Part shown: one piece after another, positions 51,601-63,200 of the stretch
Layout: each line of letters opens with the position of its first letter
How positions within the stretch are numbered: position 1 is the stretch's first letter
Assembly (NCBI RefSeq): GCF_009914755.1
Contig: NC_060943.1
From: the human T2T-CHM13v2.0 reference genome, Homo sapiens
Reading direction: 5' to 3' (one strand)
Length of the DNA: 64,000 bases
Position numbers and translations under genes: made by a program
Notes under the pieces: generated by a model
What the model was told of the DNA's origin: nothing
Databases searched by the model: none
The model's input: the letters and a program-made list of their open reading frames with translations, nothing else

Positions 51601-51950
51601 TTGTGTGTATTCAACTCACAGAGTTGAACGATCCTTTACACAGAGCATACTTGAAACACTCTTCTTGTGGAATTTGCAAGTGGAGATTTCAGCCGCTTTG
51701 AGGTCAATGGTAGAATAGGAAATATCTTCGTATAAAAACTAGACAGAATCATTCTCAGAAACTCCTTTGTGATGTGTGCGTTCAACTCACAGAGTTTAAC
51801 CTTTCTCTTCATAGAGCAGTTAGGGAACACTCTGTTTGTAAAGTCTGCAAGTGGATATTCAGACCTCTTTGAGGCCTTCGTTGGAAACGGGATTTCTTCA
51901 TATTCTGCTAGACAGAAGAATTCTCAGTAACTTCCTTGTGTTGTGTGTAT
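42601..51950 (+). repeat. Macro-repeat copy 3 (55 monomers, 9351 bp; lacks 1 dimer)
   Basis: The terminal AATCAT/TTCTCTTCAT/GGGAACAC dimer shifts from 42285 to 51636 in the ORF track (+9351 = 27x340+171). The GGAGAGTTCA dimer of copies 1 and 2 is absent. Confidence 0.85.
45490..45505 (+). other. Out-of-register A-A monomer junction, copy 3
   Basis: Same junction and flanks; 851-bp step in the ORF track (45005 to 45856). Confidence 0.95.
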
Positions 51951-54279
51951 TCAACTCACAGAGTTGAACGATCCTTTACACAGAGCATACTTGAAACACT
52001 CTTCTTGTGGAATTTGCAAGTGGAGATTTCAGCCGCTTTGAGGTCAATGGTAGAATAGGAAATATCTTCGTATAGAAACTAGACAGAATGATTCTCAGAA
52101 ACTCCTTTGTGATGTGTGCGTTCAACTCACAGAGTTTAACCTTTCTTTTCATAGAGCAGTTAGGAGACACTCTGTTTGTAAAGTCTGCAAGTGGATATTC
52201 AGACCTCTTTGAGGCCTTCGTTGGAAACGGGATTTCTTCATATTATGCTAGACAGAAGAATTCTCAGTAACTTCCTTGTGTTGTGTGTATTCAACTCAAA
52301 GAGTTCAACGATCCTTTATACAGAGCAGACTAGAAACACTCTTTTTGTGGAATTTGCAAGCGGAGATTTCAGCGGCTTTGAGGTCAATTGTAGAAAAGGA
52401 AATATCTTCGTATAAAAACTAGACAGAATGATTCTCAGAAACTCCCTTGTGATGTGTGCGTTCAACTCACAGAGTTTAACCTTTCTTTTCATAGAGCAGT
52501 TAGGAAACACTCTGTTTGTAAAGTCTGCAAGTGGATATTCAGACCTCCTTGAGGCCTTCGTTGGAAACGGGATTTCTTCATATTATGCTAGACAGAAGAA
52601 TTCTCAGTAACTTCCTTGTGCTGTGTGTATTCAACTCACAGAGTTGAACGATCCTTTACACAGAGCATACTTGAAACACTCTTCCTGTGGAATTTGCAAC
52701 TGGAGATTTCAGCCGCTTTGAGGTCAATGGTAGAATAGGAAATATCTTCGTATAAAAACTAGACAGAATGATTCTCAGAAACTCCTTTGTGATGTGTGCG
52801 TTCAACTCACAGAGTTTAACCTTTCTTTTCATAGAGCAGTTAGGGAACACTCTGTTTGTAAAGTCTGCAAGTGGATATTCAGACCTCTTTGAGGCCTACG
52901 TAGGAAACGGGATTTCTTCATATTATGCTAGACAGAAGAATTCTCAGAAACTTCCTTGTGTTGTGTGTATTCAACTCACAGAGTTGAACGATCCTTTACA
53001 CAGAGCAGACTTGAAACACTCTTTTTCTGGAATTTGCAAGTGGAGATTTCAGCCGCTTTGAGGTCAATGGTAGAATAGGAAATATCTTCCTATAGATACT
53101 AGACAGAATGATTCTCAGAAACTCCTTTGTGATGTGTGCGTTCAACTCACAGAGTTTAACCTTTCTTTTCATAGAGCAGTTAGGAAACACTCTGTTTGTA
53201 AAGTCTGCAAGTGGATATTCAGACCTCTTTGAGGCCTTCGTTGGTAACGGGATTTCTTCATATTCTGCTAGACAGAAGAATTCTCAGTAACTTCCTTGTG
53301 TTGTGTGTATTCAACTCACAGAGTTGAACGATCCTTTACACAGAGCAGACTTGAAACACTCTTTTTGTGGAATTTGCAAGTGGAGATTTCAGCCGCTTTG
53401 AGGTCAACGGTAGAATAGGAAATATCTTCGAATAGAAACTAGACAGAATGATTCTGAGAAACTCCTTTGTGATGTGTGCGTTCAACTCACAGAGTTTAAC
53501 CTTTCTTTTCATAGAGCAGTTAGGAGACACTCTGTTTGTAAAGTCTGCAAGTGGATATTCAGACCTCTTTGAGTCCTTCGTTGGAAACGGGATTTCTTCA
53601 TATTATGCTAGACAGAAGAATTCTCAGTAACTTCCTTGTGTTGTGTGTATTCAACTCACAGAGTTGAACGATCCTTTACACAGAGCAGACTTGAAACACT
53701 CTTTTTGTGGAATTTGCAAGAGGAGATTTCAGCCGCTTTGAGGTCAATGGTAGAATAGGAAATATCTTCCTATAGAAACTAGACAGAATGATTCTCAGAA
53801 ACTCCTTTGTGATGTGTGCGTTCAACTCACAGAGTTTAACCTTTCTTTTCATAGAGCAGTTAGGAAACACTCTGTTTGTAAACTCTGCAAGTGGATATTC
53901 AGACGTCTTTGAGGCCATCGTTCGAAACGGGATTTCTTCATATTCTGCTAGAGAGAAGAATTCTCAGTAAATTCCTTGTGTTGTGTGTATTCAACTCACA
54001 GAGTTGAACGATCCTTTACACAGAGCAGACTTGAAACACTCTTTTTGTGGAATTTGCAAGTGGAGATTTCAGCCGCTTTGGGGTCAATTGTAGAAAAGGA
54101 AATATCTTCGAATAAAAACTAGACAGAATGATTCTCAGAAACTCCCTTGTGATGTGTGCGTTCAACTCACAGAGTTTAACCTTTCTTTTCATAGAGCAGT
54201 TAGGAAACACTCTGTTTGTAAAGTCTGCAAGTGGATATTCAGACCTCCTTGAGGCCTTCGTTGGAAACGGGATTTCTTC

Positions 54280-57200
54280 ATATTCTGCTATACAGAAGAA
54301 TTCTCAGAAACTTCCTTGTGTTGTGTGTATTCAACTCACAGAGTTGAACGATCCTTTACACAGAGCAGACTTGAAACACTCTTTTTGTGGAATTTGCAAG
54401 TGGAGATTTCAGCCGCTTTGAGGTCAATGGTAGAAAAGGAAATATCTTCGTATAGAAACAAGACAGAATGATTCTCAGAAACTCCTTTGTGATGTGTGCG
54501 TTCAACTCACAGAGTTTAACCTTTCTTTTCATAGAGCAGTTAGGAAACACTCTGTTTGTAAAGTCTGCAAGTGGATATTCAGACCTCCTTGAGGCCTTCG
54601 TTGGAAACGGGATTTCTTCATATTCTGCTATACAGAAGAATTCTCAGAAACTTCCTTGTGTTGTGTGTATTCAACTCACAGAGTTGAACGATCGTTTACA
54701 CAGAGCAGACTTGAAACACTCTTTTTGTGGAATTTGCAAGTGGAGATTTCAGCCGCTTTGAGGTCAATGGTAGAATAGGAAATATCTTCCTATAGAAACT
54801 AGACAGAATGATTCTCAGAAACTCCTTTGTGATGTGTGCGTTCAACTCACAGAGTTTAACCTTTCTTTTCATAGAGCAGTTAGGAAACACTCTCTTTGTA
54901 AAGTCTGCAAGTGGATATTCAGACCTCTTTGAGGCCTTCGTTGGAAACGGGATTTCTTCATATTCTGCTAGACAGAAGAATTCTCAGTAACTTCCTTGTG
55001 TTGTGTGAATTCAACTCACAGAGTTGAACGATCCTTTACACAGAGCAGACTTGAAACACGCTTTCTGTGGAATTTGCAATTGGAGATTTCAGCCGATTTG
55101 TGGTCAATAGTAGAATAGGAAATATCTTCCTATAGAAACTAGACAGAATGATTGTCAGAAACTCCTTTGTGATGTGTGCGTTCAACTCACAGAGTTTAAC
55201 CTTTCTTTTCATAGAGCAGTTAGGAAACACTCTGTTTGAAAAGTCTGCAAGTGGATATTCAGACCTCCTTGAGGCCTTCGTTGGAAACGGGATTTCTTCA
55301 TATTCTGCTAGACAGAAGAATTCTCAGAAACTTCCTTGTGTTGTGTGTATTCAACTCACAGAGTTGAACGACCCTTTACTCAGAGCAGACTTGAAACACT
55401 CCTTTTGTGGAATTTGCAAGTGGAGATTTCAGCCGCCTTGAGGTCAATGGTAGAATAGGAAATATCTTCCTAAAGAAACTAGACAGAATGATTCTCAGAA
55501 ACTCCTTTGTGCTGTGTGCGTTCAACTCACAGAGTTTAACCTTTCTTTTCATAGAACAGATAGTAAACACTCTGTTTGTAAAGTCTGCAAGTGGATATTC
55601 AGACATCTTTGAGGCTTTCGTTGGAAACGGGATTTCTTCATATTCTGCTAGACAGAAGAATTCTCAGAAACTTCCTGGTGTTGTGTGTTTTCAACTCACA
55701 GAGTTCAACGATCCTTTACACAGAGTAGACTTGAAACACTCTTTTTGTGGAATTGGCAAGTGGAGATTTCAGCCGCTTTGAGGTAAAGGGTAGAAAAGGA
55801 AATATCTTCGTACAAAAACTAGACACAGTGATTCTCAGAAACTCCTTTGTGATATCTGCGTTCAGCTAACAGAGTTTAACATTTCTTTTCATAGAGCAGT
55901 TAGGAAACACTCTGTTTGTAATGTCTGCAAGTGGATATTCAGACCTCCTTGAGGCCTTCGTTGGAATCGGGATTTCTTCATATTCTGCTATACAGAAGAA
56001 TTCTCAGAAACTTCCTTGGGTTGTGTGTATTCAACTCACAGAGTTGAACGATCGTTTACACAGAGCAGACTTGAAACACTCTTTTTGTGGAATTTGCAAG
56101 TGGAGATTTCAGCCGCTTTGAGGTCAATGGTAGAAAAGGAAATATCTTTGTATAAAAACTAGACAGAATGACTCTCAGAAACTCCTTTGTGATGTGTGCG
56201 TTCAACTCACAGAGTTTAACCTTTCTTTTCATAGAGCAGTTAGGAAACACTCTGTTTGTAATGTCTGCAAGTGGATATTCAGACCTCTTTGAGGCCTTCG
56301 TTGGAAACGGGATTTCTTCATATTATGCTAGACAGAAGAATTCTCAGTAACTTCCTTGTGTTGTGTGTATTCAACTCACAGAGTTGAACGATCCTTTACA
56401 CAGAGCAGACTTGAAACACTCTTTTTGTGGAATTTGCAAGTGGAGATTTCAGCCGCTTTGAGGTCAACGGTAGAATAGGAAATATCTTCCTAAAGAAACT
56501 AGACAGAATGATTCTCAGAAACTCCTTTGAGCTGTGTGCGTTCAACTCACAGAGTTTAACCTTTCTTTTCATAGAGCAGTTAGGAAACACTCTGTTTGTA
56601 AAGTCGGCAAGTGGATATTCAGACATCTTTGAGGCTTTCGTTGGAAACGGGATTTCTTCATATTCTGCTAGACAGAAGAATTCTCAGAAACTTCCTGGTG
56701 TTGTGTGTTTTCAACTCACAGAGTTCAACGATCCTTTACACAGAGTAGACTTGAAACACTCTTTTTGTGGAATTGGCAAGTGGAGATTTCAGCCGCTTTG
56801 AGGTCAAGGGTAGAAAAGGAAATATCTTCGTACAAAAACTAGACACAGTGATTCTCAGAAACTCCTTTGTGATATCTGCGTTCAGCTAACAGAGTTTAAC
56901 ATTTCTTTTCATAGAGCAGTTAGGAAACACTCTGTTTGTAAAGTCTGCAAGTGGATATTCAGACCTCCTTGAGGCCTTCGTTGGAAACGGGATTTCTTCA
57001 TATTCTGCTAGACAGAAGAATTCTCAGAAACTTCCTTGTGTTGTGTGTATTCAACTCACAGAGTTGAACGATCGTTTACACAGAGCAGACTTGAAACACT
57101 CTTTTTGTGGAATTTGCAAGTGGAGATTTCAGCCGCTTTGAGGTCAATGGTAGAAAAGGAAATATCTTCGTACAAAAACTAGACAGAATGATTCTCAGAA

Positions 57201-60200
57201 ACTCCTTTGTGATGTGTGCGTTCAACTCACAGAGTTTAACCTTTCTTTTCATAGAGCCGTTAGGAAACACTCTGTCTGTAAAGTCTGCAAGTGGATATTT
57301 AGACCTCTTTGAGGCCTTCGTTGGAAACGGGATTTCTTCATATTCTGCTAGACAGAAGAATTCTCAGTAACTTCCTTGTGTTGTGTGAATTCAACTCACA
57401 GAGTTGAACGATCCTTTACACAGAGCAGACTTGAAACACTCTGTTTGTGGAATTTGCAAGTGGAGATTTCAGCCGCATTGAGGTCAATGGTAGAAAAGGA
57501 AATATCTTCGTATAAAAACTAGACAGAATGATTCTCAGAAACTCCTTTGTGATGTGTGCGTTCAACTCACAGAGTTTAACCTTTCTTTTCATAGAGCAGT
57601 TAGGAAACACTCTGGTTGTAAAGTCTGCAAGTGGATATTCAGACATCTTTGAGGCTTTCGTTGGAAACGGTATTTCTTCATATTCTGCTAGACAGAAGAA
57701 TTCTCAGAAACTTCCTTGTGTTGTGTGTTTTCAACTCACAGAGTTGAACGATCCTTTACTCACAGCAGACTTGAAACACTCCTTTTGTGGAATTTGGAAG
57801 TGGAGATTTCAGCCGCTTTGAGGTCAATGGTAGAATAGGAAATATCTTCCTAAAGAAACTAGACAGAATGATTCTCAGAAACTCCTTTGTGCTGTGTGCG
57901 TTCAACTCACAGAGTTTAACCTTTCTTTTCATAGAGCAGTTAGGAAACACTCTGTTTGTAAAGTCTGCAAGTGGATATTCAGACATCTTTGAGGCTTTCG
58001 TTGGAAACGGGATTTCTTCATATTCTGCTAGACAGAAGAATTCTCAGAAACTTCCTGGTGTTGTGTGTTTTCAACTCACAGAGTTCAACGATCCTTTACA
58101 CAGAGTAGACTTGAAACACTCTTTTTGTGGAATTGGCAAGTGGAGATTTCAGCCGCTTTGAGGTCAATGGTAGAAAAGGAATTATCTTCGTATAAAAACT
58201 ACACAGAGTGATTCTCAGAAACTCCTTTGTGATGTCTGCGTTCAACTCACAGAGTTTAACCTTTCTTTTCATAGAGCAGTTAGGAAACACTCTGTTTGTA
58301 AAGTCTGCAAGTGGATATTCAGACCTCCTTGAGGCCTTCGTTGGAAACGGGATTTCTTCATATTCTGCTATACAGAAGAATTCTCAGAAACTTCCTTGTG
58401 TTGTGTGTATTCAACTCACAGAGTTGAACGATCGTTTACACAGAGCAGACTTGAAACACTCTTTTTGTGGAATTTGCAAGTGGAGATTTCAGCCGCTTTG
58501 AGGTCAATGGTAGAAAAGGAAATATCTTCGTATAAAAACTAGACAGAATGATTCTCAGAAACTCCTTTGTGATGTGTGCGTTCAACTCACAGAGTTTAAC
58601 CTTTCTTTTCATAGAGCAGTTAGGAAACACTCTGTTTGTAAAGTCTGCAAGTGGATACTCAGACCTCTTTGAGGCCTTCGTTGGAAACGGGATTTCTTCA
58701 TATTATGCTAGACAGAAGAATTCTCAGTAACTTCCTTGTGTTGTGTGTATTCAACTCACAGAGTTGAACGATCCTTTACACAGAGCAGACTTGAAACACT
58801 CTTTTTGTGGAATTTGCAAGTGGAGATTTCAGCCGCTTTGAGGTCAATGGTAGAAAAGGAATTATCTTCGTATAAAAACTAGACAGAATGATTCTCAGAA
58901 ACTCCTTTGTGATGTGTGCGTTCATCTCACAGAGTTTAACCTTTCTTTTCATAGAGCAGTTAGGAAACACTCTGTTTGTAAAGTCTGCAAGTGGATATTC
59001 AGACCTCCTTGAGGCCTTCGTTGGAAACAGGATTTCTTCATATTATGCTAGACAGAAGAATTCTCAGTAACTTCCTTGTGTTGTGTGTATTCAACTCACA
59101 GAGTTGAACGACCCTTTACACAGAGCATACTTGAAACACTCTTGTTGTGGAATTTGCAAGTGGAGATTTCAGCCGCTTTGCGGTCAATGGTAGAATAGGA
59201 AATATCTTCCTATAGAAACTTGACAGAATGATTCTCAGAAACTCCTTTGTGATGTGTGCGTTCAACTCACAGAGTTTAACCTTTCTTTTCATAGAGAAGT
59301 TAGGAAACACTCTGTTTGTAAAGTCTGCAAGTGGATATTCAGACCTCTTTGAGGCCTTCGTTGGAAACGGGATTTCTTCATATTCTGCTAGACAGAAGAA
59401 TTCTCAGTAACTTCCTTGTGTTTTGTGAATTCAACTCACAGAGTTGAACGATCCTATACACAGAGCAGACTTGAAACACTCTTTTTGTGGAATTTGCAAG
59501 TGGAGATTTCAGCCGCTTTGTGGTCAATAGTAGAATAGGAAATATCTTCCTATAGAAACTAGACAGAATGATTGTCAGAAACTCCTTTGTGATGTCTGCG
59601 TTCAATTCACAGAGTTTAACCTTTCTTTTCATAGAGCAGTTAGGAAACACTCTGTTTGTAAAGTCTGCAAGTGGATATTCAGACATCTTTGAGGCTTTCG
59701 TTGGAAACGGGATTTCTTCATATTCTGCTAGACAGAAGAATTCTCAGAAACTTCCTTGTGTTGTGTGTATTCAACTCACAGAGTTCAACGATCCTTTACT
59801 CAGAGCAGACTTGAAACACTACTTTTGTGGAATTTGCAAGTGGAGATTTCAGCCGCTTTGAGGTCAATGGTTGAATAGGAAATATCTTCCTAAAGAAACT
59901 AGACAGAATGATTCTCAGAAACTCCTTTGTGCTGTGTGCGTTCAACTCACAGAGTTTAACCTTTCTTTTCATAGAGCAGTTAGGAAACACTCTGTTTGTA
60001 AAGTCTGCAAGTGGATATTCAGACATCTTTGAGGCTTTCGTTGGAAACGGGATTTCTTCATATTCTGCTAGACAGAAGAATTCTCAGAAACTTCCTGGTG
60101 TTGCGTGTTTTCAACTCACAGAGTTCAACGATCCTTTACACAGAGTAGACTTGAAACACTCTTTTTGTGGAATTTGCAAGTGGAGATTTCAGCCTCTTTG

Positions 60201-63200
60201 AGGTCAATGGTAGAAAAGGAAATATCTTCGTATAAAAACTAGACAGAGTGATTCTCAGAAACTCCTTTGTGATGTCTGCGTTCAACTCACAGAGTTTAAC
60301 CTTTCTTTTCATAGAGCAGTTAGGAAACACTCTGTTTGTTAACTCTGCAAGTGGATACTCAGACCTCTTTGAGGCCTTCGTTGGAAACGGGATTTCTTCA
60401 TATTATGCTAGACAGAAGAATTCTCAGTAACTTCCTTGTGTTGAGTGTATTCAACTCACAGAGTTGAACGATCCTTTACACAGAGCAGACTTGAAACACT
60501 CTTTTTGTGGAATTTGCAAGTGGAGATTTCAGCCGCTTTGAGGTCAAAGGTAGAAAAGGAAATATCTTCGTATAAAAACTAGATAGAATGATTCTCAGAA
60601 ACTCCTTTGTGATGTGTGCGTTCAACTTACAGAGTTTAACCTTTCTTTTCATAGAGCAGTTAGGAAACACTCTGTTTGTAAAGTCTGCAAGTGGATATTC
60701 AGACCTCCTTGAGGCCATCGTTGGAAACGGGATTTCTTCATATTCTGCTATACAGAAGAATTCTCAGAAACTTCCTTGTGTTGTGAGTATTCAACTCACA
60801 GAGTTGAACGATCGTTTACACAGAGCAGACTTGAAACACTCTTGTTGTGGAATTTGCAAGTGGAGATTTCAGCCGCTTTGAGGTCAATGGTGGAAAAGGA
60901 AATATCTTCGTAGAAAAAGTAGACAGAATGATTCTCAGAAACTCCTTTGTGATGTGTGCGTTCAACTCACAGAGCTTAACCTTTCTTTTCATAGAGCAGT
61001 TAGGAAACACTCTGTTTGTAAAGTCTGCAAGTGGATACTCAGACCTCTTTGAGGCCTTCGTTGGAAACGGGATTTCTTCATATTATGCTAGACAGAAGAA
61101 TTCTCAGTACATTCCTTGTGTTGTGTGTATTCAACTCACAGAGTTGAACGATCCTTTACACAGAGCAGACTTGAAACACTCTTTTTGTGGAATTTGCAAG
61201 TTGAGATTTCAGCCGCTTTGAGGTCAATGGTAGAAAAGGAAATATCTTCGTATAAAAACTAGACAGAATGATTCTCAGAAACTCGTTTGTGATGTGTGCG
61301 TTCAACTCACAGAGTTTAACCTTTCTTTTCATAGAGCAGTTAGGAAACACTCTGTTTGTAAAGTCTGCAAGTGGATATTCAGACCTTCTTGAGGCCTTCG
61401 TTGGAAACGGGATTTCTTCATATTATGCTAGACAGAAGAATTCTCAGGAACTTCCTTGTGTTGTGTGTATTCAACTCACAGAGTTGAACGATCCTTTACA
61501 CAGAGCATACTTGAAACACTCTTGTTGTGGAATTTGCAATTGGAGATTTCAGCCGCTTTGAGGTCAATGGTAGAATAGGAAATATCTTCCTATAGAAACT
61601 AGACAGAATGATTCTCAGAAACTCCTTTGTGATGTGTGCGTTCAACTCACAGAGTTTAACCTTTCTTTTCATAGAGCAGTTAGGAAACACTCTGTTTGTA
61701 AAGTCTGCAAGTGGATATTCAGACCTCTTTGAGGCCTTCGTTGGAAACGGGATTTTTTCAAATTCTGCTAGACAGAAGAATTCTCAGTAACTTCCTTGTG
61801 TTGTGTGAATTCAACTCACAGAGTTGAACGATCCTTTACACAGAGCAGACTTGAGACACTCTTTTTGTGGAATTTGCAAGTGGAGATTTCAGCCGCTTTG
61901 TGGTCAATAGTAGAATAGGAAATATCTTCCTATAGAAACTAGACAGAATGGTTGTCAGAAACTCCTTTGTGATGTGTGCGTTCAACTCACAGAGTTTAAC
62001 CTTTCTTTTCATAGAGCAGTTAGGAAACACTCTGTTTGTAAAGTCTGCAAGTGGATATTCATACATCTTTGAGGCTTTCGTTGGAAACGGGATTTCTTCA
62101 TATTCTGCTATACAGAAGAATTCTCAGAAACTTCCTTGTGTTGTGTGTTTTCAACTCACAGAGTTGAACGATCCTTTACTCAGAGCAGACTTGAAACACT
62201 CCTTTTGTGGAATTTGCAAGTGGAGATTTCAGCCGCTTTGAGGTCAATGGTAGAATAGGAAATATCTTCCTAAAGAAACTAGACAGAATGATTCTCAGAA
62301 ACTCCTTTGTGCTGTGTGCGTTCAACTCACAGAGTTTAACCTTTCTTTTCATAGAACAGTTAGGGAACACTCTGTTTGTAAAGTCTGCAAGTGGATATTC
62401 AGACATCTTTGAGGCTTTCGTTGGAAACGGGATTTCTTCATATTCTGCTAGACAGAAGAATTCTCAGAAACTTCCTGGTGTTGTGTGTTTTCAACTCACA
62501 GAGTTCAACGATCCTTTACACAGAGTAGACTTGAAACACTCTTTTCGTGGAATTGGCAAGTGGAGATTTCAGCCGCTTTGAGGTCAATGGTAGAAAAGGA
62601 AATATCTTCGTATAAAAACTAGACAGAGTGATTCTCAGAAACTCCTTTGTGATGTGTGCGTTCAACTCACAGAGTTTAACCTTTCTTTTCATAGAGCAGA
62701 TAGGAAACACTCTGTTTGTAAAGTCTGCAAGTGGATATTCAGACCTCCTTGAGGCCTTCATTGGAAACGGGATTTCTTCATATTCTGCTAGACAGAAGAA
62801 TTCTCAGAAACTTCCTTGTGTTGTGTGTATTCAACTCACAGAGTTGAACGATCGTTTACACAGAGCAGACTTGAAACACTCTTGTTGTGGAATTTGCAAG
62901 TGGAGATTTCAGCCGCTTTGAGGTCAATGGTAGAATAGTAAATATCTTCCTAAAGAAACTAGACAGAATGATTCTCAGAAACTCCTTTGTGCTGTGTGCG
63001 TTCAACTCACAGAGTTTAACCTTTCTTTTCATAGAGCAGTTAGGAAACACTCTGTTTGTAAAGTCTGCAAGTGGATATTCAGACATCTTTGAGGCTTTCG
63101 TTGGAAACGGGATTTCTTCATATTCTGCTAGACAGAAGAATTCTCAGAAACTTCCTTGTGTTGTGTGTATTCAACTCACAGAGTTGAACGATCGTTTACA

